Source: Phoronis australis (lineage: Eukaryota > Animalia > Phoronida). Taken from it: 64,000 nucleotides of DNA. The notes below the pieces were generated by a model. It was not told the DNA's origin. It made no database searches and saw only the letters and a list, made by a program, of their open reading frames with translations. Positions 1 through 12,935 of the stretch are shown piece after piece. Numbering within the stretch: position 1 is the first letter of the stretch; every line of letters begins with the position of its first letter. The position numbers were made by a program, and so were the translations under genes. The stretch spans positions 919,148 through 983,147 of the forward strand of contig NMRA01000079.1 of assembly GCA_002633005.1 (NCBI GenBank), in the 5' to 3' direction.

Positions 1-1224
1 TGTGCTAAGTTTCAAAAAAATCGGTGATTTTGGGTATAGACTCTACCTGTTGGTTTTTATATGGAGTCACTCTTAAATCGTCGAGTTTGCCCACTTCGAA
101 CTAGAAATAAGTTCTCAAAGCCACTACAATAACAGCCTCGCAGTGGGTGTTACATATGTATCATAGATATCTGTAGATGATGAAGTGGCCGTGAAATAAC
201 AGTGTTATCACACCGTGAAAGGCATCAACTACTTTTCCCTAATCGCTATCATCTCTAGAGAATATAACCTTGACAATGTCGTAAGGAATACGGTATTGTG
301 CTGGCTAAGTTGACAATTGAGGTAGTTAGATTAACTCATCTTTATGCAGTAGCGCTCACGTCTTAATGTACATTTCTGTTGTGGTTTTAGCGTCTCCAAT
401 ACTTGAAAAACATTTTGTAAATGACACCTGAAGCAAATTTATAGCACAAAATTAATCATAAACGTATTTGTCTCATACCGACTGAAATTTTAATGTCAGC
501 AAAACTTGATCAAAATTAAGGTGAAAGCAGGGTTTAAAGTATGCAAACTCGCAACCTAAATGATACAGCGACCTCGTTTGGCCAACTAGTCATGAACGAG
601 TCGTTGCTATGGTAAAGATATTGCTACGCCAAATACGGAAAGCACAGTCTCCGGGACCTATATGTATCGTGTTGAGTTTACTAAATGTAACAAGTTTTGT
701 ACTAGGACAATTTTTTTAATTCATTTAAATTTTACCAAGTAATTATCTTCTTTAACACAACGTCATGTTCTAATCTTCTGCTCAACATTTAGATTCAGAT
801 ATTGAGTTTATAATGGATATGGAATGCCATCAGAGTAGGGCGAAAAAGATACATGTATTAATTGTCAGTATTGTGGTCTGTAGCTTAGGCGCTGGTGTTG
901 ATTCATTGTCGAAAACAACATGACTTCTGAATATCCGCGAAGCTAATGTTTTAGTTGACGTCCACTGTCAGTGTCCCCTAGACTTAAAGAAGTGGAGCAA
1001 AGGACCTGATTCATCGCTTTACAAAAACGTTGACTACACTTGATTGACTTCAGGTCAACTTTTGATTGGTCTGTAAACCTCATAACGTCATCGAAAGCAA
1101 ACCTTACAGCTGAACAATCCGGTGAAATCAACATGGTCAACCAAGTGCAGCCAACGAGTTATTACTAACACGTGGACTGGTTAGCAATTCTATGATTATT
1201 AAATTTGCTCTCATCATTCTTCAG

Positions 1225-1445
1225 TAACGACGGCGCTTATGTTGCCATATTCGACACCAATAAGACTTGGGGTACCCACCTGCAAGAAGAACTTTTGTCA
1301 CAGGGTAAGAAAGCAAAATTTTATACTGTTGACGTCACCGACGAGGGCCGGTGTGCTGAGAGCGTCCAAGCAGTTGCAGATGACAACGACGGCGCCGTGA
1401 ACTACTTGGTTAACAGCGCCGCCTACTTCGGAGGCCTGAACACTC
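1225..1445 (+). CDS. SDR internal exon (beta2 to beta4, NSAA motif)
   Basis: Acceptor ttcttcag|t, donor actc|gtaagc; encodes NDGAYVAIFD...LVNSAAYFGGLNT. Confidence 0.88.
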
Positions 1446-4400
1446 GTAAGCAACGTCAATTCCTTCTGCACACAATTTTACCCTTGAACAAATTGCTTCT
1501 GCGCACTCACGCAGTTACATGTACATATGCACAGTACATAGTACGCACTGAACATTAACACCCCGGCGTATTCACATCAGCTGTTCATTGACATACGCAC
1601 AGCGAAAACCTCTTGCTTCCCCTACTTACGGGTATATATGTGTTGAGGCTCCCCTCAAAGTGGGACATGTAGCACTAGTGCAAAACGTTCTAGGGCAAGC
1701 CTGTGTGTGGACGGGATTCTAGAAGAAACGGGGACACGAACTTTGGTTTCCAACTCAGGCCTAGGCTTCGTTACACTCTTCTTTAGCTTGATGTTAATTA
1801 CTAAATAAACATGCATCCCAGTTAACCATCAGCTTCTAGTACGTACACTCTAGTCTAATTATCCGATAGGGTGCACTTCTGATGTTAAACTGGTACTAAA
1901 TAAACCCTGTTTTAGCATTGAAACTGTTCTAACACTAAATATGAAAAGCGTTCCACAGACTTAGTTCCTAACGAGAAAACCAGATTGATCAAAGTAATTG
2001 TCTTGTTAAAATTAAATTAAAGGAGCATGCCACCCAAAAAACAACCTTATTTGTATCAATTTAGATCGAGTAGTTCTAATCCATAACGACACGAACGGTT
2101 GCGTTACCTGACACCTGACAGCAGACGGAGGTGTTGAGATTGTCCAATGACGTCATCGGTTTCACACGCAGTCTGTTCAGCAGTTCACAACTCGGATTAC
2201 TTGTGTCAGCTTATCGCTTGAAGTCATCATTTAACACCAATAAATCATCAAACTTCGGTGTAGGACCCTTAAAATTACACCGAGTTCTTATAAAAACATG
2301 TTGTTATAATTCGCTCTTACGGATTTATTGGTACATGTAATTGGACACACCATAGCCTACAAAGTTCGGCAGGCCAATAAGTTCCGTAGCAGGAGTTTGG
2401 GGCCTGTTCGGAGATAATTTCGAAGTATTTTCCGTGAGATACAGACAGGAGAACCTAGATCTGTGTTGTTTAGACTTGTGAATTTTTTAGTTCTAAACAC
2501 AAAACGCTTTTTATCCTGGCCAGTGGCTCGAAGCCCGATCAGGCCCTTCGCGGCAGGCGGGATCGACTTGTTATCCCGGCGGCCAGTGGCTCGGAAACTG
2601 ATCAGACATCACAAACATAAACCAGCCAAAGTTCAGTGGAAACTAAACTTCCAGTGAAGAAAATATTATACAAGTGAGCCAAAGTAATGTGCGCGTGACT
2701 ATGTTGGTGAATTAGCCACGAAACTGCAAATGTACTTACTCGTCGGGGCCGCGAATTCAGGTCGTGTTCCGCTTTGGCTACAGCACCGTCAGGGCAGAAG
2801 TTTTACATTGGCAATCATTATTTGACTAATGTAAATGTAAATAAAGATTCCCCTAACACCTGGCCGTGGGATGGAAATCGAGTTGTTTCACAACAGTTTC
2901 TGCCAGCAAACACTAAATTAGCAAGAGCTCACACGGCCTCGGTGTCCCGTCAATTAGTTTTATTGCACCTAAAGCTGCGGTAACGCAGTGATTTATTCAT
3001 TGCTGGCTTCTCAAATCATTTGCACTCACGAACACTCCAAAGGCATTACAAATTGCATCTAATGAGACAGACTTTGTTTCAGTTTTATATAAGTACTGGT
3101 TAGGGTGAGAATAATTCATGTTGAAAAAGAACGCTCAGTAATAAACGCCAACATGGCAACTCGCAATCCCGACTTAGCACGAGCTAGAGCTCATCAGTCC
3201 CGACTTCGCAGGTGGATCGTTAAGTTTTACAAGCTATCAATTCGAACAGGAATACAGTGATGAAGAAATACTAGAGAGGCGCCCTGAACAAGCTCAGACA
3301 AAGGAACGTATGGAGTTATTTGGTAAGCCGGCATTCGTCAGGCACTGTCGACGTCTGCAGGCCACAGCCACGGAGATGTTTCACGGCCTCATACTTGCTA
3401 TATACATCGTATATTTCATTCTCCACTACCACGAGCCAATTCCTAAGCTTTTCGGACTCTCGAGGAAGTAAAAAAAAACGATATACCCGCTTTCCTCGCA
3501 ACTGCTTAGTTCGAACAAGCGGGAACGATGCACCGCAACATAGCGGCCATCACTCTGCATACATGTGTATGAACCACTGACGTCGCTAGCGTCGTTTCTC
3601 ACCTTCCTCACTGGTTAACGCGACACCTCTTGGCAAGGTAAGGTCGACCGTATGCGAGGCGATGTGGATATAGACCGATTAAGACGGCAAAAAAGACTAA
3701 TTAAATAGGGTGGCATTCTCCTTTAACTACATGTACGCCACTATATGGTGGACACATCTAAATATTCTATTTTGCAGCCTTTCTACAGACAAGCAGCGAC
3801 ACCTTGCGAAAATCTTTAGAAGTAAACGTAATTGGTGTATCTAATATGGTGAAAGCTTGTATGCCGTACATGACCAAAGGTAGTGTTAAGGAACCTGTCT
3901 AAAATGCTCATTGCACACTATTCACATATTTTACACACAGGTAAAGGAGCAATAACATGGGCGGCGCACCATAGGGCCTGGGGGGCTATAGCCCCACCTT
4001 TTTTCAGCGCTACGCCGCCCATGATCTATGGGCGGTTCGCCAGAGGGGGGCCTGGGGCCATGCGCCCCTCTTTCTTCAGTGCTGCACCGCCCATGAATAA
4101 TCGTTCGATGAAACAACCTCCGTTATTGGGACGTTACGATAGCAAGCGTGAAACGAAGAGCTGAGACTGAACCCTTCGATATTGTTCCAGTGCACTGAAG
4201 GCAGAGTCGAATAATACTACTGTCAACTACCACTCGCCGACTTCATTGTTGTCTTACTGTGACGTAATGCGAGATAACGTGACAATGTACACGAAATGCA
4301 TTTAAAAGCTAGGTAATCGTATCTTAATTAGAGTTAATGAACTCCAACGGCGATAATGCAGTGGAATTGACGTCGATGAGCGTGCAAGTAGCAAAAGTAT

Positions 4401-7400
4401 CTACTGTACATGTACACATACAAACCCACGTTCGCACAAAAAGCGACTTTCTTATTTAGACGTCTTGCCACTAAGAATTTGTTCTCAACGTGTTCGTCCA
4501 GTTCTTAGATGAGACGTTGTTTCAGGATTTGCTAGAACAGCAGTTTGTTATTGCCTGAGACCATGCTCCGGAGATAAAATTACACTGTCTGAGAAAGCAA
4601 CATGTGGGACCTTGTTTCACTAACAATAACCAACTGCCAACTCTTTCAAAGTCACGTGCACGGTTGCATGAACTAGGGACTCTCAACTAAGGTCCCTAAA
4701 TCTACTGCGCAATCGTAGATTTGTGAAAAGACTGATTCTCCTTTCGTGTGCTGTTTCATTGATTGTTCAATAATTTGCTTTGGTACAAATCTTGAGTGAA
4801 CTCTATGTAGAATTCTCAATATTATTGAACATAAATAGGGGTCTCTAATATTTAAGGACTAAGTTCCTAATGGTTTTCAGTGAATTAAGGGCTCAGTTTT
4901 TCTAGAAATGTCTTTAGTCAAAGACAAGCTCTGAATAAAGACATAGTTTACATGTAATGACAGAAAAATACTAGATTTATGAGCACAAGGACCTCACCCT
5001 CTGCAAGCATTTCTAACGCATTGGGCAAGTTTATCGACAACCGTGGGCAAGGCCGCCAACTTCGAACCACATAATTCTTCTTGTGTTAAAGGTTACTTGG
5101 GATCCTACGATGTAAAAACATGTCCACATTTGACTTTGAAACATTACATCTCAGAAATTTAAGTAAATTCTAATGAAACATTCAGATAGAATGATTTATG
5201 CATGATTCTCGAAACTTAAGGAATCTTTTTAAATGATCTGGTTTTTGCAAGAAGGGTTGTATCAAAAGTAGGAATTCGATGGTTTTGCCGAACAATTGGA
5301 TAGAATCGATCCAAGGTGGTAAATTAGAAAACAAAAACATAGTTTTTGAGATTGAACATTCGTATCTAATTATCAAATGAAATTTAGTCATTTTATTGAG
5401 GGCGTATTGCAATTACTCTGTGAGCAACAGTCCTAGTTACATGTATGACTACACTTTTTAACAATAATTTACATCAGAGAGTGTAGCACGTGACACAATA
5501 GCAGATTGCTAAAAAGTTAAAACTCAAAGTTTATAAGCTGTTTCAGAAATATATACTTCTCCTGAATTAAGTTTAAAACCTTTGCAGATATTTCGCTGAA
5601 TGCACAGATTTTCCGATAAGCTCATCCAAAACCTTTAGAGTATATTCTTGTCTTGCATGTACGGGTACCCAACCGCATACATGTAACAGTAAGAGGCAGT
5701 ACCAGGTTTGGGCGAAATCACCAAATGTTGACAAGTACAGTGTAGCTTGGTCTACAATTGTTTTTTCCGCCTAAAGATACTATTGCGACTATATACCTGG
5801 TGAGCATACATCGTCAAATTTTAATACATTTTCGGTAAAACAAAAATGCAAGATGTGATATTTGTCAGTGTACACGCAATACCCGTGACATTATATCAAA
5901 CGTGCGGGTTAACATTTCATTTCAAAATACCTACAATGGTTTCTGCAAGAGTTTATGTATCATATGCCTCATTTTACAATACTATATATACGGTTATTTG
6001 TATTAAAGGCTTCTGGCCCAAAGTACAATAAACAAAAAAATAATCCGGCAAATTTGCACACGCAGTCAACCCATTTTATAATACGCAACCAATGTTTCTA
6101 TGTTGACTTCTTTTGTAGAAAAACTTCAAACTGCTTGCTTAGCCACGCATTTCTAATCGGCTTCTTTGATTTCCAGAAAAACTGGACGCCTGTGTTGTAA
6201 ACGTCAATAGCATTCGCGCCCATGCTGCAGGGCCCAACACGTCATCGTACAGTACCTCGAAGGCAGCCCTGGGCATGCTCACAAAATGCATGGCGCTTGA
6301 CTTGTCCTCAGAAGGAATACGAGTAAACGCAGTCAGCCCTGGGTATGTGTGGACACCCCACATGGTGAGCCGCTTTACGGACCATTAGAAAATTTTCATT
6401 GATTTTTTTAATTATATTCACCACTAATTTTAATGCGTTGCTGTTTTTGAAATGTTTGTAACTACAACCAGGAAGAGATAACCCTTCCTGCTACAACTAA
6501 ATTATCATCAATGTAAAATATCTTGCGGTTGCAGTTACGCGTGAGTATACGTCTTGCGATATCCTAGTCGCTTTATGCTCTTCAACAGGGCTACAGTACA
6601 AGCCAACAGTAGNTGTGTGGACACCCCACATGGTGAGCCGCTTTACGGACCAACAGACAATTTTCATTGATTTTTTTAATTATATTCACCACTAATTTTA
6701 ATGCGTTGCTGTTTTTGAAATGTTTGTAACTACAACCAGGAAGAGATAACCCTTCCTGCTACAACTAAATTATCATCAATGTAAAATATCTTGCGGTTGC
6801 AGTTACGCGTGAGTATACGTCTTGCGATATCCTAGTCGCTTTATGCTCTTCAACAGGGCTACAGTACAAGCCAACAGTAGGCAGACGAAATGACCCGGAA
6901 TTTCCCGTCATGACGACTAGACAGAAGTCAAACTCATCGTCGGAGTAGCGTTCTCTTATGACTGTGATTTAAGGGGAGTTAACTGGAAATGTTAATAAAC
7001 CATTCTTTTCTTAAAATTTGGCCGACTTGATATAATTACATGTATTACCAATAATTTTACTGTAAAACAGTATTAGCCGTCATGACGGGAAAACAGTATG
7101 CTGTGTGATTAATTTAATGCACTGTGCCTGGAGCAGAAGCAAGGTACTGTTGATATCACATGGCGTGTCGATGGGTTTCAAAACGTATTTATTTTCTGCC
7201 AGTGCTATTGGCCAGAAGCTGGAAAACATGTTCAAGTAACTAAATCCATCAAAAGAGGTCGGAAATCGCCATTTACTATACAGTTATTGTCATGATTATT
7301 TTTGCTTTCGAGAGTATTGCATAGTACGATTAAAATTGAGATCTTATTTCGAACAAAAACACACGCTGTCATCATTTATTTAGATTTTAATTTATTTGCG

Positions 7401-9013
7401 GTAGTTAAATAGGGCTAGTTGTGAAAGCCTAATTCGCAAATGTTGAGTTAAACGCTTATAAAGCTCGTGGCATTGGCTACCTCTTGATACGTTTGAAAAA
7501 GCAAAACAACATGTAGCAAAAAACTGACAACTGAAAATCGATTCCTAGTGCTCTTCGAGTGGTCTTCTTTCAACCACGGCAATTTGCTGCATTTGCTTCG
7601 ACTACTGGTTAACTCTACATGTTCTGAACAAAATCGCGGTCCGTGGTAACACGACGTATAGCATTAACAGCAAAACAAAAAGTCTCAAATCCAATTGCTT
7701 GGTATTAATCCCCATCAGAGCCAGCGGAGTAACACCCGCACCTTCAACTCTGAGGTCAGCCGCGAAATACTAGGAATTTCTGATAATACATGTACTCCCG
7801 TTTGTGTAATATTGGTGGACCTGTTTTCGGAAATTCCGCAGACATTGGAATATCTGTGTGTGGCTGTGCTGGGAAAGACGATACCGACGTCTAAATCATT
7901 ACTCGTGAGTCAAGACAAAAGTCATACATGGCTGTATTTTTGACTCGATATTCGTACCTGTACGTCATTAGTTCTTCCTAAGATCATATGACTTGAATTC
8001 AGTTAGATCGAGGTTGGCAATATATATGCATGTGTCACAGGGACAATGCTAACAGCAGCATTCAGGTTAACGGCCATGCTCACGTAAGCGCCCACCCCAA
8101 TCCATTTTTGTTAAGCGCCAACTGCTCGGCTAAGCGTCCTTCCTTTGCTTACTACAGTTTTCGATTAAACGATAAGTGTTAGAATAAGCGGTCATTGTGC
8201 TTTGCTTCCTAATCCGGAAACGGGGTCAAACTTGAGTCGCTTTCGCACTGTCAAATTACTATGGGGAAGATTCCTTGTTGATTAGTGTATTTGTGATCGG
8301 ACTTGTGTGCTTTGTATTATCCGTATCGTTGAAAGTAACTCTAACACAGGTTGTAGCCAACCACGTACTCCAATTCTACGCTCCAATGAATTATTATTGA
8401 TCAAGAGAAGCCTTCCTTTCTCGAACTTTTATGAGTTAGATACTCAAAGAAACCATGATTGTCAGTTGGGTAGATTTCCTATGACAACCTGCTCTTCGGG
8501 CACTTGACTTGCGAAAAATCCATTAACTCCACTTTCTGACTAGATTTTTCGCAGGTAGTAGGCTACGTAGCCAAGAGGGTTATCGTGCGCAGGTTAAGCA
8601 TTTGATTTCTTGTGAACACTCCGTTATTTTCCGATTTAAGGACCTGCTTTTTATTGCTAGGCCCCCATTTTCCCGGCTCGACAATTTTAGCGCCTACTGA
8701 GAATGTTTAATCGAATGTTTACCTAATGCAATACTGAAATGATACACCAAATAAGACCGGAGTAAGGTTTTAGCATTACTTTATCTTCATCTTTCAGCTA
8801 GTGAACACTAGCGACCCACGCGGCGGAGAATTTGAGAAGAACGTAGTCGGACAACTTCACATGACTCCCAATGGATTCATCGAGGCCGCTGGTGTGGCGT
8901 CGCTCATTGCGTTTCTGTGCAGTAAAGATGCGATGTACATAGATGGCGTTGACATTCCAGTTGACTGTGGGTTTACGGCAATGGGACCAGAGGGTCACGG
9001 CACAGGGCATTAG
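1225..9013 (+). CDS. Classical short-chain dehydrogenase/reductase (SDR), spliced, 5'-partial: exons 1225-1445, 3778-3879, 6177-6364, 8798-9013 (about 241 aa in window)
   Basis: GT-AG exons join in frame: NDGAYVAIFD...VDVTD...LVNSAAYFGGLNT/PFLQTSSDTLRKSLEVNVIG...MTK/EKLDACVVNVNSI...YSTSK...GIRVNAVSPGYVWTPHM/LVN...IPVDCGFTAMGPEGHGTGH*. The catalytic S and YxxxK are intact. Asp at the end of beta2 suggests NAD(H). The TGxxxGxG exon was not found. Confidence 0.92.
2021..3722. mobile_element. Non-autonomous Kolobok-type DNA transposon, copy 1 (SDR intron)
   Basis: TTAA flanks at 2017-2020 and 3723-3726. Terminal inverted repeats AGGAGCATGCCACCC...GGGTGGCATTCTCCT give the RR...YY ends typical of Kolobok. 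Contains a decayed THAP domain on - (about 3350-3545) and a KolX-like 'YQFEQEYSDEE' fragment on + (about 3153-3322). Confidence 0.85.
3778..3879 (+). CDS. SDR exon (helix E, EVNVIG)
   Basis: Acceptor ttttgcag|, donor aaag|gtagtg; phase 1/1 matches the neighbouring exons; absent from the ORF track. Confidence 0.88.
3956..4095. repeat. Two tandem units (about 68 bp each) of a short GC-rich MITE-like element with CATGGGCGG...CCGCCCATG ends
   Basis: Units 3956-4023 and 4027-4095 each have inverted ends. Related fragments at about 10256-10276, 15304-15323 and 21010-21145. Confidence 0.6.
6177..6364 (+). CDS. SDR catalytic exon (VNSI, YSTSK, IRVNAVSPG)
   Basis: Acceptor tttccag|, donor catg|gtgagc; YxxxK motif. 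Confidence 0.92.
6346..6880 (+). repeat. 267-bp direct duplication around a single N (haplotype-overlap assembly artefact)
   Basis: 6346-6612 matches 6614-6880 except for about 3 clustered substitutions; N at 6613. Confidence 0.9.
6880..7110 (+). repeat. Dispersed repeat with an internal inverted repeat (second copy inverted at about 37152-37385)
   Basis: TTTCCCGTCATGACG (6901-6915) and CGTCATGACGGGAAA (7078-7092); 'cagacgaaatgacccggaatt' matches the reverse complement of about 37340-37385. Confidence 0.7.
8798..9013 (+). CDS. SDR terminal exon
   Basis: Acceptor ctttcag|; ...IAFLCSKDAMYIDGVDIPVDCGFTAMGPEG...TAG. Confidence 0.9.
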   Translation, partial: LVNTSDPRGGEFEKNVVGQLHMTPNGFIEAAGVASLIAFLCSKDAMYIDGVDIPVDCGFTAMGPEGHGTGH

Positions 9014-12000
9014 TTGACTGTTAGACTGTAGCCGCAGGCAGTTTAGGTTCTATGCACAAGTTCACATGCCAGGAAAACGTGAAAATGGGGCCACTTATGC
9101 AGGAACAAATGACCACAAAAATGATAATTATTCACTTGAAGTTAGATGACTGAGTCGGATTGCAAGCTTTTGAGTGCTGATCTGAGAAATCGCGAGTGCA
9201 AGTTTGCATGAGACAGTGCCCCAAAAAAAAGAAATAAGCTCAATTCATTGAATATACTGCTGAATTGCTTGTGAACTTGCAAAAATAAGGTTCTTCCTTT
9301 CTAATGCTGTTTTAGCTTAATCACTAAATCAATTTTTGACTTTAATACAAAACGAGAGTGAATTTTAGATTGAATTCTCAATCAAGTGGAACTCGTTTTA
9401 TGCAAGGTCCCTAATGCATGGACTAGGTCCTTTATATTTCTTTTGAGCTAAGGGATCGATGTTTAGATACATTGTTTGGAAATACCGGCCCAACGGGACC
9501 TCATAATGGAGATAAAATGTCAAGACAATATTACATCAGGGAGTGGTGAACGACACAATTACACAAAAGATTACGGAAGTTTACTTGAGTCCCAAATAGC
9601 AACCAGGCACCGGTTCCTCCACATAGGCGATCATCCACATTGCAACAGAAAACAGAGAGAGGTTTTTATATGTTGGCGAGACCGTTGCTCACGCTCTTGG
9701 GTAACACTGAGGAATCGACGTCATCATGTCGACGAGTCACGTCACTGACCAAGGCCAAGGTCAGAACAAGTCTGGCTAGCCTCCCTCCGCGTCCGCGAAC
9801 ATCTGAAATCGCTTCGGAGTTAAAAATCGGCATTTACTGAAGTTTCGGTAATTGGGAAAGTTTAACTCCGGCAGTTAATCTGCAAGCGAAACTTTGCTTT
9901 CAATAGTAGAATTTAAAAAAAGCTTCGGTACTCACCGAGACTTCGGTGAAGTGGGAACAGTCAAAGCGAAGCTTCGTCGAAGTTATAGGGTGGAGAACTT
10001 AAAAACCAGGCGGGCAGTTTTCAGTTAGCCTCGAACCCATTACTCAATATTCGCTTGAGGATAGGAATGTACTGTGTCTTCTCAAGTCATACGATAACTT
10101 CGATATCTAATCGAACTTAGGTAAGTGATGTAAACAGAAATTACCCTAATGGGAAAGCCACTTAAAAAGGCGAGGTGAACTACCTAGGATAAAAGACGGT
10201 GCCCAAACATGTGTGTCTCACCATAGGGGGCTTGAGTGCTATAACCCAAACTTATTTCAGTGCTGCGCATCCCATGCCAAATGGTCGCAAGGAATACGGA
10301 ATTCGTGTGAACTTTCCGTTTTATATTATAGATTACACCATTTCGCACACTGGTTCAAATTTAGAATGAAAAAATAACCCTAGTGTCAGGAATGCTAAAT
10401 GGTGACTATTTACGAATTACATTTATTTATCCTCAGTTTGGTTCTGCTGTCATACACCACTATAAACTCTTATGCAATTCGGTTGCAAAATCACGGAGAA
10501 GCTAAAATTTTAATGACAGTAAATTCTCATAGGAATAACCAACATCTGAACAGACAAACTGTAGCAAACAAATGCCCCGGATGCGCGGCACAACCTATGA
10601 AGCACGAGAGCAAAGTAGTTCACTGCTAAAGTTCTGTGTCAGTCATGTACGAATGAATACATGTAAATGCACGTTTTCAAGTGCGTTTAAAAAATTTTTG
10701 CTGCAAAATGGGGCCCGTAACGACAATTTCACAAAGGGTAAATCAACCACAAGCAGGCAGTTGACAAATTTTATCTTTAATTTTCTCTCTTCTCCATGTT
10801 TCGCTGTCTTTCTTTTCTCGACTGCTTTACCCCTGTGTCGGACGCCGGCAATAATGAATGCGTTTCGCTTGATGATAGGTGGGTCAAGCAGGCTGCCTTT
10901 AGGAAGTGGTATTCAAAAGTCAATTTACAACATGTTTAGACTGGATACATCATTTAAGAATATTGCCTATTGAAAAAAAATAGTCCGATGCCACCACAGA
11001 AAGGTTCGACTGGGTCTGGCGAGAGGGTATTAAAGTCAAGCTACTGTGTATGAGAATAGCGCATAACATGAATGAACATAAAAATCTTGAGGCTTCGTCA
11101 GTAGGGGGCAGTTACGTAGCCAAATTAATGTAGTGCACCATCATGAAGGGAACGATACGGGTGTCCCTCTGCCGTCTGTGAATGATTTGAAAAGTAATTA
11201 TAGATGTAAAAGGCTCGTGTTATATTTATTGCTATTTGTAGATGGCGTGCTTCTAGCACGAAATTTCTAATTGCAGAATTCGATATTGCCATGACAAATA
11301 ATAAATGTGCTATTAATGTTGGAGCGTAATGGGAGCTTCAAGTGATTATGTCAAAAACAAAATGGGAAGTCCTCCGAAAAGCATGCGCACTCGAGAAATT
11401 GAGAAGAAGTGGCTTTTCGAGAAAACTGTACAAACGACTCAATAATGTAATTAACAGTGTATTTACGAAAGCGCAAACAACTAACAAGACGACAATGGCA
11501 ATTTCTGTACTATAAATATGTACTGATATCGCTGTGCAAATGTGATTAAATGTTTGACACAAAATATAGCAATATGAATTGCGGTATGTTGTATGAATCT
11601 GGTAATTTTGGATTTCGTCCTGCAAAGACGTTAAATCGTGGACCACAATCGGCAAATGTGTATTGTGACTTGACCATTTAGTCTCAAACGGTGTAGTGAG
11701 AGGTGTCAGCTTGGTAGAGAGTACAAAGATATGCTTAATATTGGTTAAATATTACCGAAATGCCAAGCCATGTAGTGTATGCTGAAATGTGCGATGCCAG
11801 AACAAAATACTTGTATTCGTTGCTGGGTTCTAGTTGTCAAACGATTATGTTTGTGAACATGTATGGTCTCGGTGTTGTTTGGGTATAACAAAGGCTAAGA
11901 AGCCGTCGTTGCAATTATAATAATGTTAATTTCAACAATGGTGCCTACTTTGCTATTTACAAACAGGATCGGAGAATCGGTATACATGTATTTTCTTCAA

Positions 12001-12884
12001 TCATTTGACGTTCATAAAATTTTTACATAAGATGTTTACAAAAAATAATTTGCAACAGGTATCCCTCTCGCAAGATGTTCATGTTTATTAGCCCCAATGT
12101 GGATGCATGCCGCTTGTCAGCCGTGTATAAGTGGAAGTGTGGAATAAGAAACACGCTTTCTGCCCCAGACAAATCTACTATTCACATTTACGTGCGCAAC
12201 ATTTGCCTGGATGTAGGACCCTATAAAAGCGGCTAAATTAGGCCTGACTTTGGGACATATTTCATAAATGACTCATCGGATTTGTATGAAATTTTCAGAT
12301 AGTACATACACTGATCTAAAAGGCGCGATTACGAATTGTTCTTAGAATGTTCCATTAATATGATCCGTGGGCTATCAAAAACGCTACATTTAGCATTTTT
12401 ATGAAAGACATTTTAAGTCCCTTAAAGTGATAACGAAATGATATTAAAACTGTGACAGCCTTTTTGATGTCTCGCCCTAGTCAGTAATGCTTAATCGTGT
12501 TACTGATACCATGATTTTGATATCAATGTAAATGTACCTTACTTTTTACCAAGTTTAGTATTACTCGCTTAAGCGCAATTGGTAAAAAGTCAAAAATTAA
12601 AATCTCTAGACGTTCTTCTTTCAGAAAATGTACAATTTGATTGAGTTACTATGCATAATCACCTTCTAGATGTTTCGATGTGAAAAGAGTCGTTGTAATG
12701 ATTCTACATAACCATATTTTTTAAGAAAACATTATTGAATATGTATTTGATAAGTGTTGTGAAACGTATAGCAGATTAACTTTCGCGTAGATATCCTTTG
12801 TATCTATGTATTGTCTGTGGGTCGTAGGTATTATACATTTTCAATGTCCACTAGAGGACAGTTACGTGAAATAAAACCTATGTT

Positions 12885-12935
12885 TGTGTGCGTGCGTGCG
12901 TGCGTGCGTGCGCGCGTGCGTGCTTGCGTGTGTGT
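12885..12935 (+). repeat. (GCGT)n microsatellite, possibly the tail of a LINE 3' end
   Basis: tgcg repeats directly after AATAAA at about 12870. Confidence 0.75.

Noticed and set aside
1133-1224. ATG at 1133 and 'LLLTRGLVSNS' as the SDR N-terminus
   Set aside because: There is no TGxxxGxG, there are in-frame stops, and the frame is wrong. The true first exon is probably upstream of the window.
6614-6640. Second copy of the SDR exon end and donor, as a possible alternative splice donor
   Set aside because: It is part of the 267-bp duplication at an N join, so it is an assembly artefact.
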